Of a stretch of 64,000 nt of DNA, positions 38,478-49,417 are shown piece after piece (positions within the stretch are counted from its first letter, which is position 1; each line of letters starts with the position of its first letter). The stretch is taken from contig JANNQV010000015.1 in NCBI GenBank assembly GCA_031400935.1, positions 1-64,000 of the forward strand, in the 5' to 3' direction. The notes beneath the pieces are model-generated. The model was given only the letters and a program-made list of their open reading frames with translations. It was not told the origin of the DNA and ran no database searches. The DNA comes from Armatimonadota bacterium (GTDB lineage: Bacteria; Armatimonadota; Fimbriimonadia; Fimbriimonadales; Fimbriimonadaceae). Made by a program: the position numbers and the translations under genes.

Positions 38478-39848
38478 TTATCGCCTATTTGTCGCAATCA
38501 CAGTCCCGGTAAGCGTTACCGTTCGATCAGGAACATCAGGATCGTTAGAATGAAGAGTAATCGTCGCTGACTTTCGCCCGGCAGTGCGCGTATCAAGCCA
38601 AACTTCGTGGGAGTTAAATCCAGAAGCAGAGCCTTCTAAAAACGCTCCCGTTTGAACTAAAAATCCATTTCCTATAACGGAAACCGTGTATTCCAGGTCA
38701 GAAACTCCAGCCAAGTTCCATAGCGCAACGTCAGCCGAATTCATGACAGAAAACGTTCGCTTAACCGGCTTTGAACTTTGAAAAACCTTTCCAAAAGAAA
38801 TCTCAGTTTGTGAAACTGCCATTTTTGGGGGAACTCTCATATCTAGAAATACCGGCAAATGCCCGCTTGAGTCTGCCGCGGCGATCAAGGCTTGGGCGAT
38901 TGTTGGCCCGACGTTCTGGTTTCCGGTAATCGTGAGAGGCAAATTGAAGCTCGTACCATCGTTCCCCCAGCATCGGTACGAGTGGATCGGGTCGTTCCAA
39001 GTCGTATTGCTAAACGGAATCGAGGCGTCGCCAATGTATTCAAACCCTTGCCCATCAATAAGCCCAGAAGACAATAGAATTTGGTCAAAGCGATCATCTA
39101 CGCCGCCGCCTCCAGCGGCAGGGTCTTGGGTATGAATGAACCGGAAATTGCCATTGTTCACCCAGCTTCCAGGGCGATTAATCGGGTCGAAAAGCCGACC
39201 AGAATCGTTTACCGCCGATTCGACCAAATGGACGTAAGCCGTTTCGGTTGAGGATTGGATATTAAAGTCGCCGCCTAACATAAACGCTCTGCCGCTCGGC
39301 AGTCCTTCTGCGTTGGTTCTAATCCGCTGACTTTCGATAAGCCGCCTTGCTTTATCGTTTTCAAAGGATCCAGCCTTCATGTGGCTTGAGTAGTACGAAA
39401 ACTTTGCAGATTCGCTTGTGTAGTTTTTGAGCGCAAAATCGTATCGGAGAATGTTGCGTGGATGGTTCGACGTTGAACTTGAACCAACCGAAACAACCAC
39501 AAATCCTAAGAAATCAACTTTGGAAGTTCGAAAACAGCAAACGGATTCTGTATCGGCTCCGTCAACAAATGGCGCGGCGGCCCAGTCACCTGGACTTCCG
39601 GGAGCACTATTCAAAAGCCCGATGAATGTCGTTAGCGAAGGTCCCGTTAGGAATTCCTGACACACAATCACATCCGGCGCGAACTGCCTACTTTGGAAAG
39701 TGCCATAAAAAACGGATTTGAGTTCGACGGTTCTGTCGGAGCCATCGTAATTCGATATGTTATAGGTTGCGACCCGAAGTTGTGCAAATGCAGAACAGGA
39801 TAGTCCGACAAGTGTTGCAATTCCGCACCAAAATCGCCTCAAATGCAT
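38478..39848 (-). CDS. Secreted endonuclease/exonuclease/phosphatase family protein with a C-terminal Ig-like domain
   Basis: ATYNI, CQE, HMKAG, GGDFN, RFDQIL and SGHLPV; C-terminal SNDPD...VTLTG. Confidence 0.85.
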   Translation of the reverse strand: MHLRRFWCGIATLVGLSCSAFAQLRVATYNISNYDGSDRTVELKSVFYGTFQSRQFAPDVIVCQEFLTGPSLTTFIGLLNSAPGSPGDWAAAPFVDGADTESVCCFRTSKVDFLGFVVVSVGSSSTSNHPRNILRYDFALKNYTSESAKFSYYSSHMKAGSFENDKARRLIESQRIRTNAEGLPSGRAFMLGGDFNIQSSTETAYVHLVESAVNDSGRLFDPINRPGSWVNNGNFRFIHTQDPAAGGGGVDDRFDQILLSSGLIDGQGFEYIGDASIPFSNTTWNDPIHSYRCWGNDGTSFNLPLTITGNQNVGPTIAQALIAAADSSGHLPVFLDMRVPPKMAVSQTEISFGKVFQSSKPVKRTFSVMNSADVALWNLAGVSDLEYTVSVIGNGFLVQTGAFLEGSASGFNSHEVWLDTRTAGRKSATITLHSNDPDVPDRTVTLTGTVIATNRR

Positions 39849-39916
39849 ATTCCCCAGTTTACTCTCATGCTAAAACGAATAGGCTCAGTTTTGGCTTCAA
39901 ATGCTACAATCCTGGT

Positions 39917-40810
39917 ATGACTCAGCGTTTGCCGGAATGGCTGACGATCCGCCTCCCCCGCCCCGACACCATCAAAGAAGTCGAGGGCATGATGCGGGCA
40001 AAAAACCTTCATACGGTGTGCGAAAGTGCCCGTTGTCCTAACTTGCCCGAATGTTGGAGCAAAAAAACAGCGACGTTCATGATCTTAGGAGACACTTGCA
40101 CGCGGTCGTGCGGCTTCTGTGCGATCAAAGTTGGAAGAGGGCTTGACGTTGATGCTTTTGAACCCGCAAACGTTGCCAAGGTGACCAAAGATTTGGGTCT
40201 GAAGCATGTTGTTGTTACCTCGGTTGCAAGGGATGACCTCAAGGATGAAGGAGCCGGACAGTTTGCGCAAACCATTCGTGCCTTGCACCACCAAAACCCG
40301 AATACGATTGTAGAAGTCTTAACGCCCGATTTCAAAGCAAAGCGCGACCTTATTCAAATCGTTTGCGAAGCGCACCCTGAAATCTACAATCACAATGTCG
40401 AAACCGTCGAGCGGCTAAGCACTATCGTCCGCCCTCAAGCAAAATACAAGCGGTCGCTAGAAGTGCTCCGACTGGTAAAGGAAATTGACCCCACGATTTA
40501 CACGAAATCGGGAATCATGCTTGGACTAGGCGAGACGAAAGACGAGATTCTGAAAACGCTTCGCGACCTACGCGAAGTTGGTTGCGATGCGGTAACGATC
40601 GGTCAATATCTTCGACCCACTATGAAGCACCTGCCAGTTGTCGAATACATCCATCCGACACAATTTGCCGAATATGAAAAAATTGGCGAAGAGATGGGCT
40701 TTGCGTTTGTGGCAAGCGGTCCATTTATTCGAAGCTCCTACAATGCAATCGAATTCAGCAAAAAAGTAATGTCAGAAAAATTGGCTCGATGGGAAGCGGC
40801 GGCGGTTTAG
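39917..40810 (+). CDS. lipA: Lipoyl synthase
   Basis: CESARCPNLPECW, CTRSCGFC and RSSY; ATG 39917. Confidence 0.96.
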   Translation: MTQRLPEWLTIRLPRPDTIKEVEGMMRAKNLHTVCESARCPNLPECWSKKTATFMILGDTCTRSCGFCAIKVGRGLDVDAFEPANVAKVTKDLGLKHVVVTSVARDDLKDEGAGQFAQTIRALHHQNPNTIVEVLTPDFKAKRDLIQIVCEAHPEIYNHNVETVERLSTIVRPQAKYKRSLEVLRLVKEIDPTIYTKSGIMLGLGETKDEILKTLRDLREVGCDAVTIGQYLRPTMKHLPVVEYIHPTQFAEYEKIGEEMGFAFVASGPFIRSSYNAIEFSKKVMSEKLARWEAAAV

Positions 40811-40822
40811 AGGCGTCCTAAG

Positions 40823-40878
40823 ATTAGGTTTTAGGTTTTAGGTTTTAGGTTTTAGGTTTTGGGTTTTGGGTTTTAGGT
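40823..40878. repeat. Heptamer tandem repeat (TTTTAGG/TTTTGGG)n, about 8 units
   Basis: ttaggttttaggttttaggttttaggttttaggttttgggttttgggttttagg. Confidence 0.9.
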
Positions 40879-41005
40879 GTCTGATTTTGAATTGTAGATT
40901 TTGGATTGTGGAATTGAGCGGAAAGCGTAGAGCCGTCCACATGAGAACTTGTCGAATATCTGCTACCGAAAACCTAAACCCCCAAACCCAATACCCTGGC
41001 GCACT

Positions 41006-44000
41006 ATGAAACTCCTCTGGCGATTGATGGGCCTCGCAGTGGCGCTTGCGCCGATGGCCGTACTTGCATTTTGGGGCGCCAACTACTTCATGGGATGCTT
41101 GCTTGTTTTGTCAGCGCCCGGCAAAAATGTATCACTGCCGCTCTCAACGCCAGGTGGAACGCTAGCAATTTTTGCGGAGACTTATGCAGTTGATCCGATT
41201 CGAGGCGAAGCAAAACTCTCTAGAATTTCTGTTAAGGAACCTAACGGGAACATCCTTTTCTCCGCTTCAAATGCAACTATTTTCGCTCCTCATGTACTTC
41301 GGTTAAGCGACAGTTTCATACGCATTCGACTGCGTGGCGTCACCGGGAGCATTGAACGGGATAAGAACGGCCAGTTCACTTTTCTTCGCTATTTTCCGGA
41401 GCAGACTTCAAAGGAAAAACCAACGCCGATCGAACTTGATTTCGACAGGCTGGAACTACATGTCATTGACCGAGTGCCATTAGTAGTCAGAACATACGAT
41501 GTCGTTGGGCGCGATATTCGGTTTTCGTCAGCCTCTTTTGCTTGGAGGGCTTCAGGAGAATTGCAGCTAGAATCCGGTCTAATCAATGCCGACGCAATCT
41601 GGACTCCAGACTCAGAGATTCGAGTTTCTGGGGTGCTTCATGATGTTGAAGCCTCTCGAATCTGGAAACATTTGAACGCCTTGCCAGATTCGGCAGCTTG
41701 GGGATCATCTCGCGACATTGACTTTGATTCTGCAAGAGTTTCCGGAGCTTTTGATGTTAGTTTGAGAGTTGGCTCCGCACCAATTATTCGCGTCCGACCA
41801 ATCATAAACTATGTTGGCCTCGCAACTCCCTTTTGGCCAAAGCCCACTCTAGGCCGATTTGACGGCTGGATTACGGAAAACGGGTCAGGAGGAATGTTTA
41901 GCGCATTTGATGGCGTCACTTTCGGCGAAATCAAGGGACAGATGGCTTGGACGGGAGGTTTTTCGCTACTTGGCGAAACCAAACTTGAGATTGCATCGCT
42001 CCATGACATTCCATCCGAATTTCTCCCAAATGTTCCAAAAGAGCTAGGGGTAACGCATTCCAAAATCAACGCTCGGTTGCATGTCGTCAATGAAAAATTT
42101 GAATGGAATGGGATTGCGTCCGCGCGTTCGGCAGACTTTGAAAAAGAGAGATTATCAACTCCAATTGTGTCCTTTTCGATCTCAGAACGAGGTGGTAGCG
42201 CTAAGCTTGATGCCGGGAACTGGAGAAATCTGACTCCATCGGCAAGCGCTTCATGGTCGTTCTTGAACGGTGAATTAAAGGGCTTCGCGGAAGCATCAAG
42301 CATTGCTCTTTCGCCGATTGCAAAGGATTACTTGAATGAGCCAATAGAGGGAACGGCATCGGCTAAACTTCACTTGTCAGGCACTCTCGATCACCCTTTG
42401 GCGACCCTAAGATCTACAGGCAATGCATCATTTCGATTTAAAAACCAAGAGGCGCCGCAGTCAGGCGTTTTTGACTTGTCGGCAAATTGGAACGGAGATC
42501 AAATTTCAATTGATCGGTTACTGGCAACTTCGCGACAAGCTATTGCCACCGCGACAGGGACAATTTCCTGGCCTTCTAAGAATTTGCATCTTGAAGCAAA
42601 AATTGTAGGCGCTGACGTATCCGATTGGTATTCGGAGGTCGGTGGGTTTGCGACTGCTAAGGTCAGTATTCGCGGCACGATGGACAAGCCTGAAGCTATG
42701 GGGCGTGCTGAGATTCTAACTGGAAACTTTCGCGAGGAACCCGTCCCGATCTTAGTCGGCGATGTTCAAATTGATAAAAACAAGATTATTGTGTCTGACC
42801 TCAGTGCAGTGAGAGGCGCTTCAAGAGTTGATGGACAAGTGTCTTACAACTTCAATACAGAAGCAATTGAAGGACGCTTGCAAGGCAACGGAATTCAGCT
42901 CGCCGATCTATTGGGCAAGGAATATGGGGGAACGATTTCGCTTAAGGAAACCGATTTTTCTGGAACTCTGAAGAACCCAATTGTAAATTCAAAAATCGAA
43001 GGAGTTGGACTAGTCGTGCACGGAGTTCGCATAGATTCACTAAACGCTACGTTGAGTTTGGTGGATGAAGTCGCAGCAATTGATGGAGTCGAGCTTAGGT
43101 CTGGGAAGAGTGAATGGACTGGGTCGAGCTGGTTCAATTTGGAGCAACGGAGCGGAGGAGTAACGGGGACTGCCTCCAATCTCAACCTTGCAGATTTCGC
43201 CCCAATTATCGCAAAGGAATTCGTCGTAAGCGGAACCGTCAGTGCCAAAACTACTGCAAACTGGCATGGCGGCACTCTTTCCGGCGCGCTCTTGGACGGC
43301 ACAATTGACGACCTTCTTATGAACGATATCCGTATCGGAAGCGGAACAATTGTGACGCGGACAGACGGCAATCTTTGGTCAGGCAATCTGGATATTGGGT
43401 TTGCGGAGCGGTTTATTCAAATTCCTGAATTTCGATATTCTGTTTCCGACCAAACGATTGAAACGCAGATTCTAGTACTCAGCCTTCCATTTCGAGAAGT
43501 GTTTCGCGGGATAAAAGGCAACTTCATCAGTTCATCGCTCGAACCCCAACCTAACGCGATTGCGGTACCAGAATCGGTATTGACGAATTTAGAACGGATA
43601 CAAGGCGACATTAATCTTGATATTTCACTAACCGGATCAATTGAAGACCCAAGAATGGAATTAGGCTCAGCTTCCATATCAAATCTGAAGATTGCTGACG
43701 AAAATTCGGGGGAAGTGTCCGTTAAGGCCGTTCGTGAGCCACAGGGAAAGTGGAACGTCCAACAGTTTGCCTGGACAGGCGGCCCAGGCACTCTATCGGC
43801 TTCGGGCACGTTTGAAGAAAAGGGAATTATAGCATTTCAAGGCGATATCAATAACTTTGCACTGCCTTGGTTATCCTTATTCGATTCTCGTATAGCAAAT
43901 CTTCCTGGTAATATCAACGCTTCATTTGACGCTTCTGGTCTCACAAAATCTCCCCAAATCACGGCAACGATTGATGCTTCGCTTTTTCCTCAGCCTATTC

Positions 44001-45625
44001 AGAAAGGTGATTCGGGACCGCCCGTTTACAATTTGACAGCTGCAATTGGCCCCATTCAAATTCAAGAAGGCGTTATTACGGTCGAAGGGGACTTTAACAT
44101 ACGTGGAATTCGAGGCGGAATTGATGGCACGATCCCGTTCGCCTATCCGCTAACAATCCCCTCTAATCAGCCTCTTGAGCTCGCCGTTAGTATTCCAAAG
44201 AGGCATAGAACAGCGCAAGGAATGACGCAGGAAGCTCTGGACTTGAGCCAATTTGCAGCGGATTTCCCAGGTGTCGTTTTGGGCGGCAAAACACATACGC
44301 TTCAGGCGAATGTCCAAATTGGCGGTACTACAGAGCATCTCCTTTATGCTGGATCAATTTCAGGAAAGATAGACGAATTTGGATGGAAAGGTCTGGAAAC
44401 TGGACTGAAAAACTTCAACTTTGAAGCCAAATTGCAAGGAGAGCAAATTCGCGTCGAAGCATCAGCAGTTTCCAATACAAAGAACTCAGAGGGTCAAGTC
44501 GGAAAAGCAACATCTGTCCTAACGATGGCGATTCCAGAACTTTTGAACCGCCTAGACACAGACCAGAAAACAATCATGAGAACACCAGTTAAGGGGCGGA
44601 TTGAGCTTGAGGAGTTTCGAATTCGAGAATTGTTTGCTGGAAATGGTGCGTTAGACGTTGTAGCAAATGCCGATTTAAGAATCAGCGGAACTCTGAAGGA
44701 ACCGACGATTTCAACAATTCTTCCGGCAGCATTCAAGCAACTATCAGCTACCATGCCCAGCGAATTCCCTGAAGTAAGTGAAGTTGCCAAACTCACAATT
44801 GATCCAAGGTTCTCAATCTCCTACGTAGTTGCACAAAAAGTTGAGCCAGCCAGATTTCGAGCAGCCACAGCTTCGTTCGGTGTGTATGGAGCCGGCTCGA
44901 TTCAAGGAACTCTTTCGGCACCTATTGTGACCACAGGGCTTACGATAGATTCGGGAAATATCCGGTTGCCAAATGCAAGAGTCGCTATCGAGGAGGGCGG
45001 CAAAGCTCGTTTCTCCTACCGTAGTTCAGCATCAGGCCCCGGCGATCTTCGCCTAGACGTTGACATCAAAGGAAGAACAGGTCTGAGTTCGGTAAGCCTT
45101 GGAGGCACGGTTCAAAGATACGACATTAATTTGGCAATTCGGGGAAATATTCTTGAAGAATCATCGCAGTCCATCACGGCTCGAAGTGATCCGCCTGACC
45201 TAGATCAGGTGCAGATTTTGAATCTGCTTGGACAAAGAGAGCTATTCGAAGGGCTAGCCGGTCAGTTTTTTGGCCAACAATCTGGACGTCAGCTAGCCGG
45301 AACGTTGGCAGGTGTGGCTCTCCCAGCAATTTTCGACCCAGTAACTGCAAGACTTGCCCAAGAACTCGGACTCGAATATCTCAGCCTTGAATACAACGCA
45401 TTTGAAGGAGCAACGCTTACAGGTGCAAAATCGCTCGGCAGAGGAATCCTGATGCAAGGACGACGACAATTGGCGGAAACTCTTCAAGAGAGAATTCAAT
45501 ACGATTTTCGGCTTACCTGGAGGCCAAATTCTAGGTTTGACCAAATCCGAAATCTCATCTTTTCTGTTGGAACTGACCAGGATCGCCCGTGGAAAATTTC
45601 AGTTGAATATGGCATTCGGTTTTAA
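41006..45625 (+). CDS. TamB/AsmA-like translocation and assembly module protein
   Basis: About 1540 aa beta-rich protein with repeated GTLxxP motifs, an N-terminal TM, and SDPPDL...ILNLLG near the C-terminus; adjacent to Omp85. Confidence 0.8.
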   Translation: MKLLWRLMGLAVALAPMAVLAFWGANYFMGCLLVLSAPGKNVSLPLSTPGGTLAIFAETYAVDPIRGEAKLSRISVKEPNGNILFSASNATIFAPHVLRLSDSFIRIRLRGVTGSIERDKNGQFTFLRYFPEQTSKEKPTPIELDFDRLELHVIDRVPLVVRTYDVVGRDIRFSSASFAWRASGELQLESGLINADAIWTPDSEIRVSGVLHDVEASRIWKHLNALPDSAAWGSSRDIDFDSARVSGAFDVSLRVGSAPIIRVRPIINYVGLATPFWPKPTLGRFDGWITENGSGGMFSAFDGVTFGEIKGQMAWTGGFSLLGETKLEIASLHDIPSEFLPNVPKELGVTHSKINARLHVVNEKFEWNGIASARSADFEKERLSTPIVSFSISERGGSAKLDAGNWRNLTPSASASWSFLNGELKGFAEASSIALSPIAKDYLNEPIEGTASAKLHLSGTLDHPLATLRSTGNASFRFKNQEAPQSGVFDLSANWNGDQISIDRLLATSRQAIATATGTISWPSKNLHLEAKIVGADVSDWYSEVGGFATAKVSIRGTMDKPEAMGRAEILTGNFREEPVPILVGDVQIDKNKIIVSDLSAVRGASRVDGQVSYNFNTEAIEGRLQGNGIQLADLLGKEYGGTISLKETDFSGTLKNPIVNSKIEGVGLVVHGVRIDSLNATLSLVDEVAAIDGVELRSGKSEWTGSSWFNLEQRSGGVTGTASNLNLADFAPIIAKEFVVSGTVSAKTTANWHGGTLSGALLDGTIDDLLMNDIRIGSGTIVTRTDGNLWSGNLDIGFAERFIQIPEFRYSVSDQTIETQILVLSLPFREVFRGIKGNFISSSLEPQPNAIAVPESVLTNLERIQGDINLDISLTGSIEDPRMELGSASISNLKIADENSGEVSVKAVREPQGKWNVQQFAWTGGPGTLSASGTFEEKGIIAFQGDINNFALPWLSLFDSRIANLPGNINASFDASGLTKSPQITATIDASLFPQPIQKGDSGPPVYNLTAAIGPIQIQEGVITVEGDFNIRGIRGGIDGTIPFAYPLTIPSNQPLELAVSIPKRHRTAQGMTQEALDLSQFAADFPGVVLGGKTHTLQANVQIGGTTEHLLYAGSISGKIDEFGWKGLETGLKNFNFEAKLQGEQIRVEASAVSNTKNSEGQVGKATSVLTMAIPELLNRLDTDQKTIMRTPVKGRIELEEFRIRELFAGNGALDVVANADLRISGTLKEPTISTILPAAFKQLSATMPSEFPEVSEVAKLTIDPRFSISYVVAQKVEPARFRAATASFGVYGAGSIQGTLSAPIVTTGLTIDSGNIRLPNARVAIEEGGKARFSYRSSASGPGDLRLDVDIKGRTGLSSVSLGGTVQRYDINLAIRGNILEESSQSITARSDPPDLDQVQILNLLGQRELFEGLAGQFFGQQSGRQLAGTLAGVALPAIFDPVTARLAQELGLEYLSLEYNAFEGATLTGAKSLGRGILMQGRRQLAETLQERIQYDFRLTWRPNSRFDQIRNLIFSVGTDQDRPWKISVEYGIRF

Positions 45626-45865
45626 GGGACCTGTGGAGCGCGGAGCCACTTGGTCGTCCGACCCAAATTATCTACTCGCTTAGCTAAGCGTCCTTTTTCC
45701 CGTTTGGCGCAAATCCGAGCGAAACGAAACCTCCCTTCAATAGTCTAAGAAATCAATGCATGCAAAGTTGCGAGATTCGGATAACGTAACTGGTGCAGTC
45801 AGAGATCGAAAAGGCGTACACTAAGTAACTCTTCAGGGTTCCCGCCGTAAGTTCTCGCGACAACA

Positions 45866-47728
45866 ATGGAGTGGAAGGAGTCTACTTTGGCCATACGGAT
45901 TTGGTTTATCACCTTGCTTTTATCGCTAACAGCAATGTTGCACGCACAAACAGCCAGCTTAATTTCAGAAATTGAAATTCGGGGCGTTGTAAATGTAAAT
46001 AAGGAAGGGGTTATGGCAGTCATGCGAACCAAGGTTGGCCAGCCCTATATTCAGGCTCAATTAGACCAAGATAAAAGAGCAATCGAAGACATGGGCTTTT
46101 TTCAAGCTGTTGATGTTCGAGCTACTGAAACTGGCAATCAAAGCTGGAAAGTGACAGTCGAGGTCGTCGAATTTCTAAAGATCAAAGAGATTCGGGTCGT
46201 TGGCAACACCGTTATTCCAACCGCAGATATTGTTAAGGCAATGGAAACCGCTCCATCGTTTCCAATTGCGCCAGGCTACGTGTATAACCTCAAGTCTGTA
46301 AAAGCGGTTGATGACGCGATACGAAAGCTGTACAGCGATAAACGATATTTTGCTCAGGTGAACGCTTTCGGACCAATGGAGGGATCTCCGGAAACCGTAA
46401 ATGTAGAAATTGTAGAGTTGACTGTAAACTCAGTTACTGTTCAGGGCGCCACGCGAACGAAGAAATCTGTTCTTGATAAGATCATTCGCACTCGGCCCGG
46501 AAAGGCATTCAATGTCGGAGATTGGGAAAGCGACCTTCGAAGACTGTATTCGACGCAATGGTTTGAAAAGATTGACAGTATCGAGCGCCCGAGCGGGGAT
46601 GATATTGGAAAACTTGACCTAATTGCTGATGTAAAGGAAACGCAAACAGGAACGCTGAATGTTGGAATTCAGCTCGACCCACGAAGCTCTATAGCTGGAT
46701 TGGTACGATACGGTGACACGAACTTCAAAGGAACAGGACAATCTGTTGGGATTGACCTTGTTCAAGGCTCCAAAGGCGGACTGTCACTCGATCTCGACTA
46801 TGGAAATCCTTTCTTGGATGATAAAGACACTTCGTTCAACGCATCTATCTATTCCAAGCTCGTGTACCGTTTTGCGGGCAACTTGTTTGGTGGCGGTGGA
46901 GGAGGCGGTTCGGAGACGCCAACGGATCAAACTTTCTATGAGCGCAGAACAGGTGCTTCAATATCTCTGGGCAGAAGAATCCAACAATCGCTCTTTGGGA
47001 GTATCGGGGGCAAGTTTGAGACAATCAAAACATCAGAACTCGATCCGAAAACTACCGAAGGTTTCATTCAGCAAGATGGCGACGTTGGAACCATAAACTT
47101 TGGTCTGACCAGCAACCGCAGGGACGTTGACGTGGAACCAGCTCGAGGCTCGTGGTACAGATTTTCACTTGAGCCAGGATATAGCAACATCAAAACAATT
47201 GGCGGTGAAGTTGGGCGGCCTAGCGACGGTTTTATTGAAGGTGCCGATATTCTGGGCCCAAACACGTTTTTCCGAACTCAGTTTGAATACCGGGCTTATT
47301 TCTCGCCTGGTCAGCCACCGAGGGGCCGAAAATTAGATGATCCTCGCCGAACGTTTGCACTGAGGGCTAAGATCGGCGCAATCATGGGCAAAGTCCCGTT
47401 TTTTGAGCAGTTCTTTGTGGGAGGATCTGACACGCTAAGGGGATATTCTGAGGACAGATTCTGGGGTAGAAACCAAGCCGGAATTACAGTTGAATATCGT
47501 CATCCTGTTCAGAAGTCATTCAACGCAATTGTGTTTATTGACTATGCAGGTGCGTGGGATGGATATGGAACTGTGAACGAATATGTGCAGTCGAAATCCG
47601 CTCAGTTTCAGTTAGGTTACGGTCTTGGATTTTCTTTCCGAACTCCCCTTGGCCCAATTCGACTTGATTTTGGTTTCAATCAAGATGGACAGACTCGCAC
47701 ACATTTTCTAATTGGAACGTCTTTCTGA
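45866..47728 (+). CDS. BamA/TamA (Omp85) outer membrane assembly protein with POTRA domains
   Basis: POTRA repeats; GGSDTLRGY; TPLGPIRLDFG; terminal F. Confidence 0.9.
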   Translation: MEWKESTLAIRIWFITLLLSLTAMLHAQTASLISEIEIRGVVNVNKEGVMAVMRTKVGQPYIQAQLDQDKRAIEDMGFFQAVDVRATETGNQSWKVTVEVVEFLKIKEIRVVGNTVIPTADIVKAMETAPSFPIAPGYVYNLKSVKAVDDAIRKLYSDKRYFAQVNAFGPMEGSPETVNVEIVELTVNSVTVQGATRTKKSVLDKIIRTRPGKAFNVGDWESDLRRLYSTQWFEKIDSIERPSGDDIGKLDLIADVKETQTGTLNVGIQLDPRSSIAGLVRYGDTNFKGTGQSVGIDLVQGSKGGLSLDLDYGNPFLDDKDTSFNASIYSKLVYRFAGNLFGGGGGGGSETPTDQTFYERRTGASISLGRRIQQSLFGSIGGKFETIKTSELDPKTTEGFIQQDGDVGTINFGLTSNRRDVDVEPARGSWYRFSLEPGYSNIKTIGGEVGRPSDGFIEGADILGPNTFFRTQFEYRAYFSPGQPPRGRKLDDPRRTFALRAKIGAIMGKVPFFEQFFVGGSDTLRGYSEDRFWGRNQAGITVEYRHPVQKSFNAIVFIDYAGAWDGYGTVNEYVQSKSAQFQLGYGLGFSFRTPLGPIRLDFGFNQDGQTRTHFLIGTSF

Positions 47729-47784
47729 GAAGACCGAAAACAAAAAATCATTTTGAGAAGTAAGGAACAAAGGAATCTAGATTT

Positions 47785-48420
47785 ATGCGCAAAACAAATG
47801 GATTGATGGGATGGATCGTGGCAACAGCCCTTTTTGGGGTCATTGTTGGATCAGGATTTCAGACGGCTGACATAAAAATTGGCGTAGTTGATATTGCGTC
47901 GGTAGTGGAAAAGAGCGTCCTTGGCAAGAAGAACCAAAGCGACTTTAAAGCTATGAAAGAAGCTCGTGAAGGGGTTTTGGAATTTATTGACTCACATCGT
48001 GTGCTCACAAACGAGCAAGCGATCAGCTTTAGGGATTTGAGCATTAAGGTCAATCGAACTGTAGCTGAAACTGCTGAATTGGAAAAGTTGAAAGCTGACA
48101 TCATTGCTTCAGACAAAAATGCAAAGGCTCTAAGCGTCAAGCCGAATTTGACTCCAGAAGAGCGCACACTGATGCAAGAATATGCCCAGCGTTCGCAAAA
48201 CATGGAGCAGATCGCACAGCGTTGGTTCCGAGAGTTCACACAATTTATGCAGAATTGGGCCGACAAGCAAAAATCCGACAGCTTGGACAAGGCTCGAAAG
48301 GCTGTCCAGGATATTGGAAAAGCTCAAGGTTTTACGATCATTTTTGAATCGGGAGTTGCTCCCTATGGCTCCAATGATATTTCGGACGCAGCACTTAAAT
48401 CGCTCGATAGCCAAAAGTAG
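47785..48420 (+). CDS. OmpH/Skp family periplasmic chaperone
   Basis: KIGVVD N-terminus, coiled coil and GFTIIF...DIS. Confidence 0.8.
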   Translation: MRKTNGLMGWIVATALFGVIVGSGFQTADIKIGVVDIASVVEKSVLGKKNQSDFKAMKEAREGVLEFIDSHRVLTNEQAISFRDLSIKVNRTVAETAELEKLKADIIASDKNAKALSVKPNLTPEERTLMQEYAQRSQNMEQIAQRWFREFTQFMQNWADKQKSDSLDKARKAVQDIGKAQGFTIIFESGVAPYGSNDISDAALKSLDSQK

Positions 48421-49417
48421 CCTTGTAGTTCTTGCGGTGTCGGTTTGCTTCGCTTGCGATGCGCCAAAAAAACTGGCGTATATTGATGTTGATCGTGCGC
48501 TTGCGGCTTCCTACAATACATGTTTAGCTATCGAGACGGTCTCAGTTCCCGGTGGAAATCAGCTCGCGGGCACATCAAGCAAGATGGTTGCAAAGCCGAT
48601 CATTTCGTTGAGCGGTTCTGGTGCCGAAAAGAGGCTGGCAGATGCACGGGCGGAAATCGAAAAGCAAAGGGCGGATGCGCTTGAATTGCTTTCAAAGCAA
48701 GTTTTCGAGAGCTTTTTGCGCGATGTCGAGAGGTTTCGCCTCAAGTCAAATAGCGAAATTGAAAACAGTTTGCGAGGAAGTCTTCATTCTTCAACGGATC
48801 AGATAAGCATACTGCTCAAAGAATATGCAGAGAAGAGGTGGCCTGCAGCTAATCGGCTTGCATTGCTTGTTCGCTTTCCATTTCCCGTCGTTGACGACGT
48901 CATGTTGGAAGGAAATTCCAAGATCATCCAAAACCGCAACAATGAAGTCAGGACACTCTACAAAAAACTGGATGAAGTTAGCAATGAATACCAAATGAAG
49001 GTACAGGAAGTCTTCAATCAGCTTTTTTCAGCAGCTGCACAGAGTCGCTTGGGACTTGGGCTTCGAGTGGTAGAAATGCTTGATGAAGCAGACCGAAAGG
49101 CTCGCGGGCAGGCGAACACGGCAATTTCCGGCGTAAACGAGGATGTGCTTGTCTTGCTTGCATCTCAAAATCTTGTCCAGTTGCCAATCCTTCCTGAATC
49201 GGCAGTTTCAATCCAATCAAACTCGCAAAATCGTTTGACGCCACTTGGTGCAAAGCCGGATTCACCAGCCATAATCACCAAACGCGAAGAAGTAGAAGCT
49301 GACCTAAAAATTTGGCTAGGAATTCATGCGCGACAATTAGTTACGAAACCGGGAAATGCACCCGACGAAACGGAGAACTTCATCGAGTGGCGAAATCAAT
49401 CAAGACGTGGACGCTAA
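48365..49417 (+). CDS. Hypothetical Skp-like coiled-coil (lipo)protein; start uncertain
   Basis: Hydrophobic segment ending FAC, LAYIDVD, C-terminal PDETE; lies within the skp-lpxD operon. Confidence 0.55.
   Translation: MAPMIFRTQHLNRSIAKSSLVVLAVSVCFACDAPKKLAYIDVDRALAASYNTCLAIETVSVPGGNQLAGTSSKMVAKPIISLSGSGAEKRLADARAEIEKQRADALELLSKQVFESFLRDVERFRLKSNSEIENSLRGSLHSSTDQISILLKEYAEKRWPAANRLALLVRFPFPVVDDVMLEGNSKIIQNRNNEVRTLYKKLDEVSNEYQMKVQEVFNQLFSAAAQSRLGLGLRVVEMLDEADRKARGQANTAISGVNEDVLVLLASQNLVQLPILPESAVSIQSNSQNRLTPLGAKPDSPAIITKREEVEADLKIWLGIHARQLVTKPGNAPDETENFIEWRNQSRRGR

Noticed and set aside
40823..40878. (TTTTAGG)n as a eukaryotic telomere or contamination
   Set aside because: It is short, internal and flanked by intact bacterial genes (lipA, tamB), and is one of many intergenic heptamer tracts.
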